Below, piece after piece: positions 43,590 to 53,184 of a stretch of DNA of 64,000 bases (positions within the stretch are counted from its first letter, which is position 1; each line of letters begins with the position of its first letter). The stretch covers positions 35,981 through 99,980 of the forward strand of contig CAIVKH010000124.1 in NCBI GenBank assembly GCA_903906425.1. Direction: 5' to 3'. The notes beneath the pieces are model-generated. The model saw only the letters and a list, made by a program, of their open reading frames with translations, was not told where the DNA came from and did no database searches. Both the position numbers and the translations under genes were made by a program. The DNA comes from an uncultured bacterium. Lineage in GTDB: Bacteria > Verrucomicrobiota > Kiritimatiellia > CAIVKH01.

Positions 43590-44504
43590 ATGAACAAACC
43601 AACGTTGCTTGTCATGGCCGCCGGTGTCGGCAGCCGCTATGGTGGACTCAAACAGATTGATCCGGTCGGGCCGTGCGGTGAGATCGTGATTGATTATTCG
43701 ATCTATGACGCGATCCGCGCCGGCTTCGGCAAGGTCGTGTTCGTGATCCGCAGGGACATCGAAAAAGATTTTCGAGAGGCCATCGGCGACCGCATCGCGA
43801 AGCGCACGGAGGTCCAGTACGTTTTTCAGCAGCTCTCGAATGTCCCGCCGTGGTTCACCGTTCCCGCGACGCGCAAGAAGCCGTGGGGCACGACGCAGGC
43901 GGTGCTCACCGCGGTGGACGTGATTCATGAGCCGTGCGCGGTGATCAATGCGGACGATTATTATGGCGCGACGGCTTACAAAGTTCTGGCCGAGCACCTG
44001 AACAAATCCGAGGACAAGAACGGCGTCGGCGATTATTCGATGGTCGGCTTCACGATCCGCAACACGCTGTCGGAATTCGGCACCGTCGCGCGCGGCCTGT
44101 GCAAAGTGGATGCGGACGGAATGCTCACGTTCATCGAGGAACTCACCGCGATTGAGAAAGACGGCAGTGGCGCGAAATACAAGGACGCAAGCGGCGCGCT
44201 CATCCGGCTCGCCGGCGACGAGCCGGTCTCGATGAACATGTGGGGCTTCACACCGTCCATCTTCGGCCACTGCCGCCGCGTCTTCGAAGATTTCCTGCGC
44301 GCGCACGGCAACGAGGAAAAGACCGAGACGTTCATTCCGATGACCGTCGGCCAGCTCATCCGCGAAAAGAAGGCGCACGTGAAAGTTCTGCGCAGCCCCG
44401 ATGCGTGGTTCGGCGTGACCTACAAGGAAGATAAGCCGGCCGTCGTCGAGAGCGTTCGCAAGCTGATTGCGAAGGGCGTTTATCCCGAAAAATTGTGGGG
44501 CTGA
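43590..44504 (+). CDS. Sugar-1-phosphate nucleotidyltransferase.
   Basis: MNKPTLLVMAAGVGSRYGGLKQIDPVG carries an N-terminal G-x-G-x-R signature. Start moved to ATG 43590. Confidence 0.7.
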   Translation: MNKPTLLVMAAGVGSRYGGLKQIDPVGPCGEIVIDYSIYDAIRAGFGKVVFVIRRDIEKDFREAIGDRIAKRTEVQYVFQQLSNVPPWFTVPATRKKPWGTTQAVLTAVDVIHEPCAVINADDYYGATAYKVLAEHLNKSEDKNGVGDYSMVGFTIRNTLSEFGTVARGLCKVDADGMLTFIEELTAIEKDGSGAKYKDASGALIRLAGDEPVSMNMWGFTPSIFGHCRRVFEDFLRAHGNEEKTETFIPMTVGQLIREKKAHVKVLRSPDAWFGVTYKEDKPAVVESVRKLIAKGVYPEKLWG

Positions 44505-44508
44505 GAAA

Positions 44509-45660
44509 TTGTCGCGCCAAAATCCAAACCGCCACGACATCCCGGCCATCGCGCGGAATTTTGAAATCTTTGGCGAGTTTCTCGAATTCGAGCCGTTCGG
44601 CAACGGCCACATCAACGACACCTACGCCGCCTCCTACGTGCAGGGCGGCGCGGTCATCCGCTACATCCACCAGCGCGTCAATCACCAGGTTTTCAAGAAT
44701 CCGATCGCGCAGATGGAAAACATCCAGCGCGTCACGGCGCACGTCCGCAAAAAACTACGCCGGACAAACCGCCTCCGTTCGACGCGCGAAATTCTCACCG
44801 TCGTTTCCTCGCGCGCGGGCAAGCCGTACTTCATTGATGAGGACGGAAATTTCTGGCGCACGTACGTCCTGATCGAAGGAGCGCGGTCCTTCGATGTCGC
44901 GAACGATCCGGACCAGGCGTTCGAGGCCGCGCGCGCCTACGGAAAATTCCAGCGGCAGCTCGTGGATTTTCCGCCGCCACGCCTGCACGAAATCATTCCC
45001 GATTTCCACAACACGCCCAAGCGCGTCCACTCGCTTGAAATCGCGATCCGCGAAGACGTCGCCAAGCGCGTCAAAGGCGCGCGCAAGGAAATCGAATTTG
45101 CGCTGAAGCGCAAACCGTCAGCGTCGCGGTTGCTCGAACTGATGCACGCCGGCGCGATGCCGGAGCGCGTCGTCCACAACGACACGAAATTCAACAACGT
45201 TCTGCTCGACGACGAAAACGGCGAGGGCATCTGCGTCGTGGATCTCGACACCGTCATGCCCGGTCTCGCGCTCTACGATTTCGGCGACATGGTGCGCTCG
45301 ACGACAAATTCCGGCGCGGAGGACGAGCGCGATCTGAAAAGGATTTTCATGCGGCCCGACCTTTTCGAGGCGCTGCTGCGCGGATATCTCGACGAGGCCG
45401 GCGCGTTCCTCACCGACGCCGAAAGGAAGAATCTCGCGTTTGCCGGCCGGCTCATCACCTACGAAATCGGCGTGCGCTTCCTCACCGATCACCTCAGCGG
45501 CGATGTCTATTTCAAAACGCATCGCGAAGGCCACAACCTCGACCGCGCCCACACGCAGTTCAAACTCGTCGAGAGCATGGAAGAGCAGGAAGCCGAGATG
45601 GAATCGCTCGTCGCGCGCATCCTGAAGCCGAAGCGCCGGCATGCGCGCGCGAAGAAATAA
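44509..45660 (+). CDS. APH-fold sugar kinase, N-acetylhexosamine 1-kinase (NahK)-like.
   Basis: FGNGHINDTY near the N-terminus and the catalytic block VVHNDTKFNNVLLDD...VVDLDTVMPGLALYDFGD. Start uncertain: TTG 44509, or the ORF-track start at 44467. Confidence 0.6.
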   Translation: MSRQNPNRHDIPAIARNFEIFGEFLEFEPFGNGHINDTYAASYVQGGAVIRYIHQRVNHQVFKNPIAQMENIQRVTAHVRKKLRRTNRLRSTREILTVVSSRAGKPYFIDEDGNFWRTYVLIEGARSFDVANDPDQAFEAARAYGKFQRQLVDFPPPRLHEIIPDFHNTPKRVHSLEIAIREDVAKRVKGARKEIEFALKRKPSASRLLELMHAGAMPERVVHNDTKFNNVLLDDENGEGICVVDLDTVMPGLALYDFGDMVRSTTNSGAEDERDLKRIFMRPDLFEALLRGYLDEAGAFLTDAERKNLAFAGRLITYEIGVRFLTDHLSGDVYFKTHREGHNLDRAHTQFKLVESMEEQEAEMESLVARILKPKRRHARAKK

Positions 45661-45661
45661 T

Positions 45662-45708
45662 TTCCAATCATTGGAAGTTATCGCGCCCTCATTTTCCAAT
45701 CATTGGAA
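45662..45708. repeat. REP cluster 12: two copies.
   Basis: 45662-45676 and 45694-45708, between convergent genes. Confidence 0.95.
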
Positions 45709-45732
45709 AGCGCGAAAGCGCTCGCGAGGAAA

Positions 45733-46800
45733 TCACGCGGCGCCGGAGCCTTTGATATCAATGATGAAGATGTCGGGCTGGCAGTAGATACGAAAGGCCG
45801 GGCCGCTGGCGCCGACGCCGCTGGCGACGAAGAGGTGGGTGTCGCGCACGATGAAGTGGCCGTGATCGAAGCGGCGGCCATAGACGGAGGGCGCGACGAA
45901 CGGGCCGAAGTGCGGAATGCGGAACTGGCCGGCGTGGAGGTGGCCGGAGAAAACGCAGTTGGCGGTGGTGCGGGCGAGGCGATAGATGTTGTCGGGCGTG
46001 TGGGAGAGCACGAGATGGAGCGTGCCGGCGCCCGCGCTCGGGACTTCGAATCCGCGGTCGCCCCACGGGTGGTCGAGGCCGGTGATGAGAATGGAATCGC
46101 CGGCGGTGACCGATTCGCAATTCAATGTTTTGATGCCGGCCTCGCTGACGGTGCGCCGGACGGCGGGTGCGTCGGCGTAGTAGTCGTGGTTGCCGAGCAC
46201 GGCGAAAATGCCGCGGCGGCCAACCCGGCGCAGTATTCTTTTCACGATGGGCAGCGCGGCAGCATCGGAGATGATATCGCCGGTGACGAAAACGAAGTCG
46301 GGGCTGGTTTCCGCGGCGAGGTCGAAGACGTTCCGGAAATAGGATTCGGGAATCTGATCGCTGACGTGTAGGTCGGAGATGTGCGCGATGCACACGGAAC
46401 TGCCGCGCCATCCGGGGACGCGGATCTCGTAACGGTGGGTGACGATGTTGGTGGTGGTGAACGGGCGCGCGAGTTGAAATGGATGCGGCACGCTGTCAAC
46501 GGGCCGACTGCCCGCGTGGATGCGGCGGAGCAGGAGCCGGCGGCATTCGCCGGCGAGCAGCAGGAACAGCGTGCCGACGATCAAGACGCCTCGCGTGGGG
46601 CCGCCAATCACGAGTGCGATGGCAAGAAAGCTGCCGACGGAAAGCACGAAGGCGGTGAGGAGGGCGGCTTTCTTGGCCGGACCGTCGCGCATCAGCGTCA
46701 GGATGCGATTGGCGATGGTGAGAAATATGGCGGTACCCGCAGCGAGCGCGAGCAGCATTGCGACGAGACTTTGGAACGTTTCGGACATCTGGCGAAACAT
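45733..46800 (-). CDS. Membrane-anchored metallophosphoesterase.
   Basis: N-terminal TM helices, then HISDLHVS, VTGDIISD, LGNHDYY and GHLHAGQ calcineurin-like motifs. The ORF-track N-terminus above 46800 is REP read-through. Confidence 0.8.
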   Translation of the reverse strand: MFRQMSETFQSLVAMLLALAAGTAIFLTIANRILTLMRDGPAKKAALLTAFVLSVGSFLAIALVIGGPTRGVLIVGTLFLLLAGECRRLLLRRIHAGSRPVDSVPHPFQLARPFTTTNIVTHRYEIRVPGWRGSSVCIAHISDLHVSDQIPESYFRNVFDLAAETSPDFVFVTGDIISDAAALPIVKRILRRVGRRGIFAVLGNHDYYADAPAVRRTVSEAGIKTLNCESVTAGDSILITGLDHPWGDRGFEVPSAGAGTLHLVLSHTPDNIYRLARTTANCVFSGHLHAGQFRIPHFGPFVAPSVYGRRFDHGHFIVRDTHLFVASGVGASGPAFRIYCQPDIFIIDIKGSGAA

Positions 46801-46814
46801 AATCCCATCGGGCC

Positions 46815-46862
46815 TTCCAATCATTGGAAAACTGCGCGCCCGCTCTTTTCCAATGATTGGAA
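46815..46862. repeat. REP cluster 13: two copies.
   Basis: 46815-46829 and 46848-46862, in a divergent intergenic region. Confidence 0.95.
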
Positions 46863-46969
46863 AAGACCGCGCCGGCAATGCGGGCGGCGGCGCTGGATCG
46901 CCGGCGCGCTTGTGGCACGGGCCGGCGGATGATAGCGTCGCTCTCCGGCAAGTCATGGAGAGGTGGTCA

Positions 46970-49222
46970 ATGAATGTCTGGAAATTGGCGGTGGCGCTGG
47001 CGTGTTTTGCGGCCGCGGAGGCGATGGCGCAGGCGCCGCAGCTCATCAACTATCAGGGCCGCCTGCTGAATGGCACGAACCTGGCGAATGGAAACATCGG
47101 GCTGTCGCTCCGGCTGTTCGACCAGCCGACGAACGGCAACAGGCTCTACGAAGATTCCAACACGGTCGCGGTCGCCGATGGCCTGTATTCGACATTTCTG
47201 GGCGACAACACGACGGCCGGTTCGCTCGCGACGGCGCTCGGCGCGACGAATCTATTTCTCGAAGTGGCGGTGAACGGCGCGGCGCTCTCGCCGCGCGAAC
47301 GCGTCGTTTCGGTCGCGTATTCGTTCAACGCGCAGACGGCGCAGGGCGTTGTTCCGGGCGGCATCACCTCGCAAATGCTCGCCGCCGGCGCGGTCGCATC
47401 GGTGAACATCGCGACGGGTGCCGTGACGTCGTTGAGCATCGCGGCGGGTGCCGTCACCACGGCAAATCTCGGAAGCAACTCGGTGACGACGGCGACGCTC
47501 GCAGACGGCGCGGTGACTGCGGCAAAAGTTTTGCAGGCGGCGGTGAATCTGCCGCTGCTGGCGACCATCACAAATCCCGCACCGGTGCTGAATGGAAATT
47601 TTGGATATGCCGTGACGGTTCTTGGCACGAACCGCTTTCTGGTGACGGCCATCAACGACGGGACAAATTCAGCAGGCCAGGCATTTCTTTACGATCTGAA
47701 TGGCGGCTTCATTCAGGCGATCACGAATCCGATGTCGGCGTCAGGCGATAATTTCGGAACGGCCGTTGCGTGCGTCGGCGGAAACCGGTTCATCGTCGGC
47801 GCGCCGAACAACGACACCGGCGCGGCGAACGCTGGTTGCGCGCATCTCTACGACTTCAACGGAAACCTGCTGGCGACGATAACCAATCCGACGCCGCAGG
47901 CAACGGACAACTTCGGGCAGTCCGCCGCGGCCGTCGGGTCGAATCGTTTTGTGATCGGCGCGCCCGGCGATCGCACCGGCGCGCTGCAGGCCGGCTCGGT
48001 TTATCTCTACAACTCAAACGGCGTTTTGCAGACCACCGTCAACAACCCGTCGCCCTCGGCCACGGACAACTTTGGCCAGAGCGTGGCCGGCGTCGGAACC
48101 AACCGTTTCGTGGTCGGCGAACCGAATTTTGACGTGGGCACCAACGGCAATTGCGGCATCGCGCACCTCTACGATTTCAACGGAAATCTGATTGTCACGA
48201 TCACGAATCCCGCGCCAGCATCGGGCGATAATTTTGGCAGTTCCTTCGCGGCCGTCGGCGCGAACCGGTTTGTCATCGGCGCACCCAACGACAGCGCGGG
48301 CGCTTCCGGCGCGGGCAGCGTTTATCTTTACGACGTCAACGGCGCGCTCATCGCGACCATCACGAATCCGGCGCCCGTTGCGAACGAGAAGTTCGGAGCG
48401 GCCATCGCAGGTGTCGGAAACAACCGCTTCGCTGTCGGCGTTTCGGGTCTCAACGTCGGATCAACGGCGAACGCCGGCGGCATTTATGTTTTCGACTACG
48501 ACGGCAATTTGCTCGCTTCGCTCAAAAATCCCGCGCCGTCGCTCCAGGCCTCGTTCGGCTCTTCGATTGCCTTCGCCGGAAACGATCGCATCGTGATCGG
48601 AACACCGATGGACAACACCGGCGCGACGGGCGCGGGCGTGGCCGGGCTGTATCAGATGTCCGGCTATGCCGCCGGAATCATCGCCGAGGGCGTGCGTGCC
48701 GGCGGCGTCACCGTTGACATGCTCTCGTCGGCCGTCGAAACCCGTTATGTTCACAGCGCCGGCGACACGATGACGGGCAACTTGACGGTTCCATTGCTGA
48801 CGGCCACCGCCGAGATCGTCACGCCCTGGCTCACCACCGCCTCGATCAGCGCGAGCGGTCCGGTCAGCGCGTCGGCGATGGCGCCCGGCAACGCGGGCAC
48901 CAACATCGTTTCGCAGGTGGGCGAACTCACGCGCCGCACGGCCCCGATCGCGTATCTCGTTTCAACCGGCACGACGGCCATCGCAGCCACCAACATGTAC
49001 AACTGCACCGCCGCGCGCTTGGGCGGCGGCACATACCGGATCACATTCGCCGCACAGCCCGCCAGCGCGTTTTATTCGCCGGCCATCACGCCGGTGAGCA
49101 GCGCGCCGTGTTTCGTCAGCGTCACGAACACGACCGTGGCGAATTTCGACTTTGTGATTTTCGGCACGAACGGACTCCCGCAGGACGCGCCGTTTCGCGT
49201 CATCGTCTTCGGCGGCTACTGA
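46970..49222 (+). CDS. Secreted FG-GAP-like repeat (beta-propeller) protein with an N-terminal fibre-like region.
   Basis: Signal MNVWKLAVALACFAAAEAMA, with RBS GGAGAGG. About 8 repeats of ITNPxPxxxDNFGxSxAxVGxNRFVIGAPxD...YLYDxNG. Upstream region holds GAVTxxxIAxGAVT repeats. Confidence 0.7.
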   Translation: MNVWKLAVALACFAAAEAMAQAPQLINYQGRLLNGTNLANGNIGLSLRLFDQPTNGNRLYEDSNTVAVADGLYSTFLGDNTTAGSLATALGATNLFLEVAVNGAALSPRERVVSVAYSFNAQTAQGVVPGGITSQMLAAGAVASVNIATGAVTSLSIAAGAVTTANLGSNSVTTATLADGAVTAAKVLQAAVNLPLLATITNPAPVLNGNFGYAVTVLGTNRFLVTAINDGTNSAGQAFLYDLNGGFIQAITNPMSASGDNFGTAVACVGGNRFIVGAPNNDTGAANAGCAHLYDFNGNLLATITNPTPQATDNFGQSAAAVGSNRFVIGAPGDRTGALQAGSVYLYNSNGVLQTTVNNPSPSATDNFGQSVAGVGTNRFVVGEPNFDVGTNGNCGIAHLYDFNGNLIVTITNPAPASGDNFGSSFAAVGANRFVIGAPNDSAGASGAGSVYLYDVNGALIATITNPAPVANEKFGAAIAGVGNNRFAVGVSGLNVGSTANAGGIYVFDYDGNLLASLKNPAPSLQASFGSSIAFAGNDRIVIGTPMDNTGATGAGVAGLYQMSGYAAGIIAEGVRAGGVTVDMLSSAVETRYVHSAGDTMTGNLTVPLLTATAEIVTPWLTTASISASGPVSASAMAPGNAGTNIVSQVGELTRRTAPIAYLVSTGTTAIAATNMYNCTAARLGGGTYRITFAAQPASAFYSPAITPVSSAPCFVSVTNTTVANFDFVIFGTNGLPQDAPFRVIVFGGY

Positions 49223-49265
49223 GCGGACGCTGCGCAGGCGCGTCGTCCGCGACCCGAACCGCAAC

Positions 49266-49312
49266 TTCCAATGATTGGAAAATTGCGCGACCCAGTTTTC
49301 CAATCATTGGAA
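49266..49312. repeat. REP cluster 14: two copies.
   Basis: 49266-49280 (G centre) and 49298-49312 (C centre). Confidence 0.95.
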
Positions 49313-49341
49313 AACAGCGGGCCGTCCGCTACGGTGCCGCC

Positions 49342-50409
49342 ATGCAATTCAGCGCCGATATTCCTCGCCGCGTGATTGACCTCGACCTGCCGCCGGAGCG
49401 GCGCTGGGGCGAGGTCATCGCCGCCGACCTGGAAGTTGCGCGGGAGCTTCTGAAGACGGGCTGGGACGATGCGCTGCGCGGGGCGCATGAGCAGACTGGA
49501 AAGCCGCTGTGGCTTTTGCGTTCGGCCGCGGCCATCGCGCGCGTGCCTTTTCACGCGGCCTACCGGGCCGCGCGCGGGCGCTGCCTGCCGGAAATTTATG
49601 CGTGGGCCGACGCGCTCGGCGCGGAGCGCGGGCTGCTGGTGATGATGCAGTGCATGTACGAGCTTTCGCATCTCGATCCGGTGAAACCGCCGCCCGCCGG
49701 CTGCAGCGCGGGCGCGCGCTGGAGCGAGGCGCTCGGCGCGATGGTTCAAGTGCGGACGCTCGACTGGAACATGCCGCAGATCGGCCCGGCCACGCGCATC
49801 TTCGAATTTCACCGCGGCGCGCGAAAACATTTCGTTGTCGGGATGCCCGGACTTGTCACCGCGCTTTCGGGCATGGTGCCGGGCGGATTTTCGGTGACGC
49901 TCAACTGGGCGCCGCCGGCCGCGCTGCCGTTCTTTCATCCCGGTCCGATGATCGAAATCCGCGACGTACTCGAAACGTGCGACACGTATTCGCAGGCGGT
50001 GGAGCGGTTCCGGACCGCGCGGCTTTCAACGAGCGCATTCTTCACGGTGGTTGGCGCGCGGCGAGGCGAGGCGTGCGTGATCGAGCACGTGAAAACACGC
50101 ATGACCCGCGGGCATCAGGTCCGCGTTCGCGAAGCCGGCGACGGCGTCATCGCGCAGTCAAATCACTACCAGCATCCCGACTTCGAGCGGTTCAACGGGA
50201 TCGTCGGCACGGACCGGAGCTTGCTGATGCGAACGTCGCGCGAGCGCGCGGAAAAATTGCGCGCGGCGCTGGAAGCCGCGGCGGATTTCTCGACGGCCGA
50301 TGAATTCGCGAACTGCTTGAGTTGCCCACCGGTGGAAAACATCGAGACCCGGCAAAAGATGGTTTTCTGTCCGGCGCGCGGCGGGTTTCGCGTCTGGCGC
50401 GAAGTCTAG
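49342..50409 (+). CDS. Ntn-hydrolase, acid-ceramidase / choloylglycine-hydrolase-like (tentative).
   Basis: 355 aa. PAGCSAGARW...VRTLDWNMP...GLVTALSGMVPGGFSVTLNW resembles the Cys-nucleophile Ntn family. Start ATG 49342 lies downstream of the REP pair. Confidence 0.45.
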   Translation: MQFSADIPRRVIDLDLPPERRWGEVIAADLEVARELLKTGWDDALRGAHEQTGKPLWLLRSAAAIARVPFHAAYRAARGRCLPEIYAWADALGAERGLLVMMQCMYELSHLDPVKPPPAGCSAGARWSEALGAMVQVRTLDWNMPQIGPATRIFEFHRGARKHFVVGMPGLVTALSGMVPGGFSVTLNWAPPAALPFFHPGPMIEIRDVLETCDTYSQAVERFRTARLSTSAFFTVVGARRGEACVIEHVKTRMTRGHQVRVREAGDGVIAQSNHYQHPDFERFNGIVGTDRSLLMRTSRERAEKLRAALEAAADFSTADEFANCLSCPPVENIETRQKMVFCPARGGFRVWREV

Positions 50410-50627
50410 CGCGCGCGTTTGTAGCGGTGCTTGCGGCTGGGATCGCGGCGGGGAACGGTCTTGTCGCGCGATTCGACGTGGTAGATATCGTGGTTGACGT
50501 CCGGCGGCGGCATTTCGTGGGGCTTCTTCACATCAATGTCCCAAAGCTCTTTCAGCACCTCGACCATCGTCGTGTGCTGCTCAGGCTTCGGTTCTTCTTT
50601 CAGAAGTTTCTTGGTCCAGTTCCACAT
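50406..50627 (-). CDS. Small hypothetical protein (73 aa).
   Basis: Ordinary Lys/Glu/Pro-rich composition. Lies in a gap between two confident genes. No motif recognised. Confidence 0.35.
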   Translation of the reverse strand: MWNWTKKLLKEEPKPEQHTTMVEVLKELWDIDVKKPHEMPPPDVNHDIYHVESRDKTVPRRDPSRKHRYKRAR

Positions 50628-50707
50628 AAGTCATCGCCACGCCTGAAAGGCAATACCATGCCAGGCGCGCGCGACGCAATCATGTTCCCTGCCCGATCTT
50701 TTCCCGC

Positions 50708-51610
50708 CTATCGCGGCCGGATTTCGATGGTGATGGTCCGGTTGCGAATCTGGCTGAGCACATCGTCGCCGCGGTACGGCGGATATTTGTCACCGTTGGA
50801 ACGCGCAGAGACGCCGGTCACTGGCCACTTGACGATGCGAACCATCGCATCCACGACGGCCTGCGCGCGGCGCATGCCGAGGTCGTAGTTGTCCTTGTAC
50901 GGCGAGCCGGGCGGCAGCGGTCGGGTCGCGGTGTGGCCGACAATCGTGAGATAACATTCGCCCGCGTGCGGGGCGATCTGCACGAGCAGGTCGCGAAGAA
51001 GCTGGTCCGCCGCCGGCGTCCAGCGGATATCGCTGGCGAAAAACGGTCCGTCAAAAACGACCTTCGCATTCTTGTCCATCCTCTCGACGTGAACGCCGTT
51101 GCGCGCAAGCCCGGCGGTCCAGGCCAGCGGGTCGGCGTTGAGCGCATCGTGCGCGAGCCGCAGCTCCACGGTCGTGTTCTTGAGGTCCGTCTGCGCCTTC
51201 TTCAACTCATCGCGCGTCATCACAAATACGACGACGAGCCCCGCGACAATCAGCGCGAGCAGCCCGACGGCGGCCTTGGCCCACATGGGCAGAAACGGTT
51301 CTTTCACAGTCATGGTGTTCATAGTTTTCTCCTCAATTTGTACGGGCTGGTTGCTGTTCAATTCTTCATCCGACATACGTTCCTCGAAAATCACCGGCTC
51401 GGTGACCGCCGTCGGCGTCTCGTCGCGCGATGCATCGAGCGGGGATTGTGCCGCCTCGATCTTCACCGTCGGGTCCAGCATTTCCGCCGCAGGCTCAGGA
51501 TCTGTCGCCGGCCCGGCATCCGCCGCGGGCTGCGCCGGTACGGCGCGGACATCGGCCACTTCTTGCATCAGGTCGCCGAGGCCGCGGCCCAGGTTTCGTT
51601 TTTCAGGCAT
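50708..51610 (-). CDS. OmpA/MotB-like peptidoglycan-binding membrane protein with a ParB-like N-terminal peptide.
   Basis: N-terminus MPEKRNLGRGLGDLM, one TM helix (AAVGLLALIVAGLVVVFV), and a C-terminal OmpA-like block GHTATRPL...NYDLGMRRAQAVVDAM...RNRTITIEI. RBS GGAG lies upstream. Confidence 0.7.
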   Translation of the reverse strand: MPEKRNLGRGLGDLMQEVADVRAVPAQPAADAGPATDPEPAAEMLDPTVKIEAAQSPLDASRDETPTAVTEPVIFEERMSDEELNSNQPVQIEEKTMNTMTVKEPFLPMWAKAAVGLLALIVAGLVVVFVMTRDELKKAQTDLKNTTVELRLAHDALNADPLAWTAGLARNGVHVERMDKNAKVVFDGPFFASDIRWTPAADQLLRDLLVQIAPHAGECYLTIVGHTATRPLPPGSPYKDNYDLGMRRAQAVVDAMVRIVKWPVTGVSARSNGDKYPPYRGDDVLSQIRNRTITIEIRPR

Positions 51611-51656
51611 GGTGACAAGCTCCGTTCAAATTTCCGCAGCGGTGCGTGATCATAAT

Positions 51657-51703
51657 TTCCAATGATTGGAAGTTCCGGTTCCGGATTTTTCCAATCATTG
51701 GAA
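51657..51703. repeat. REP cluster 15: two copies.
   Basis: 51657-51671 (G centre) and 51689-51703 (C centre), between the parA stop and the OmpA-like start. Confidence 0.95.
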
Positions 51704-51740
51704 ATTTTCTTGAGCTGCTGCGGAAAGTTTTTTTCATGGT

Positions 51741-52601
51741 TCAAATTTTCGACAGAAATCCGATCGCCGGCTGTTCGTGGCGGAAGTTTGTGCCGAGTCC
51801 GCCGACGGCGGATTCCTCGGCTTCGTCGCCGCCACGGCGACGGAGAAATTCGCGGGCGAGCTGGCGGTAGGCGGCGGCACCGGTGGAATACGAGGCGTAG
51901 TGGATGATCGGCAGGCCGTGGCTGGGCGCCTCGCTGAGGCGGATGTTGCGCGGGATCAGCGTTTCGAAAACTTTGTCGGGATAGTGCGCGATGACTTCGG
52001 CAACGACCTGCTGCGAAAGGTTCGTGCGCGAGTCATACATCGTCATGAGAATGCCGTCGATTTCGAGGACGGGATTCGTGCCGCTGGTGCGGAGCTGATC
52101 GATGATGCGCTTCATGACGCTGAGGCCTTCGAGCGCATAATATTCGCACTGGATCGGCATGATGACGCTGTGCGCGGCGGTCAGCACGTTCATCGTGAGG
52201 ATGCCGAGCGACGGCGAGCAGTCGAGGATGATGAAGTCGTAGCGGTCGGAGGCGACGAGGCCGGCGATGGCCTGGCGGAGGCGGTGCAGATAATTTTCCA
52301 TGCGCGCGATTTCGATTTCGCAGCCTGCCAGATCAATTTCGGACGGGATCAAATCGAGGTGCTTGATCGTCGTCGTCTTCACGTGTGACTCCGCCTCGGT
52401 CTGGCCGATGAGCGCGCGATACAGGCTTGCGCCGGCTTCTTTGCGGAAGCCGAGGCCGCTGGTTGCGTTGGCCTGCGGGTCCAGGTCAATCAGAAGCACG
52501 CGCCGGCCGTGCTCGGCCAGGCACGCGGCGAGATTGACGGCCGTGGTCGTTTTGCCCACGCCGCCCTTCTGGTTCGCAATCGCTATGACATCCGTTGCCA
52601 T
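51741..52601 (-). CDS. parA: Chromosome-partitioning ATPase ParA/Soj.
   Basis: IAIANQKGGVGKTTTAVNLAACLA deviant Walker A and LLIDLDPQANAT, 286 aa. Confidence 0.9.
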   Translation of the reverse strand: MATDVIAIANQKGGVGKTTTAVNLAACLAEHGRRVLLIDLDPQANATSGLGFRKEAGASLYRALIGQTEAESHVKTTTIKHLDLIPSEIDLAGCEIEIARMENYLHRLRQAIAGLVASDRYDFIILDCSPSLGILTMNVLTAAHSVIMPIQCEYYALEGLSVMKRIIDQLRTSGTNPVLEIDGILMTMYDSRTNLSQQVVAEVIAHYPDKVFETLIPRNIRLSEAPSHGLPIIHYASYSTGAAAYRQLAREFLRRRGGDEAEESAVGGLGTNFRHEQPAIGFLSKI

Positions 52602-52707
52602 GTGTTTTCCAAAAGGTGTACTGTAGCCCCGCGCCGATTTCAGGAAAGCGGATTCTTGAGATTCATCGCGAGGTCAGATCAAGGTATTAAAACATCCGGG
52701 TGAAAAA

Positions 52708-53151
52708 ATGAAAAACATTCGCAACTTTCTGCTGGGTCTCATTGCCCTTTGTCTTCTCGCGGCCTGTGCCAGCACGCCGACATCGCGCATCAAGAAGAAT
52801 CGGGATTTGTTCAACTCCTATCCGCCGGAGGTGCAGACGAAGATTCAGAAAGGCGAAATTTCGCTGGGTTTCACCCCGGAAATGGTGCTCATGGCCAAAG
52901 GCGATCCGGACCGGAAATACACGCGCCAGACCGCGAAAGGCGCGACCGAAGTCTGGGCCTACACCGGAACCTATTCGACCACCGACCGGCAGCGCGTTCA
53001 GACCCGCGTCCATGCGCCGGATGTCGGCGGAGTCTGGCACGACTATAATGACTGGGTCACGGTGGACGTTCCGCGCCAGCACGAATTCGACCAGTTCCGC
53101 GTCGAATTCGAGGACGGAAAAGTCTCCGCCTTCGAAGCGCAGTCGAAGTAA
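52708..53151 (+). CDS. Lipoprotein, function unknown.
   Basis: Lipobox LLAAC in MKNIRNFLLGLIALCLLAACAST, 147 aa. Confidence 0.65.
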   Translation: MKNIRNFLLGLIALCLLAACASTPTSRIKKNRDLFNSYPPEVQTKIQKGEISLGFTPEMVLMAKGDPDRKYTRQTAKGATEVWAYTGTYSTTDRQRVQTRVHAPDVGGVWHDYNDWVTVDVPRQHEFDQFRVEFEDGKVSAFEAQSK

Positions 53152-53184
53152 GCCTGCCGCCAAATCTCTTCCGCGCGCTCGTCG

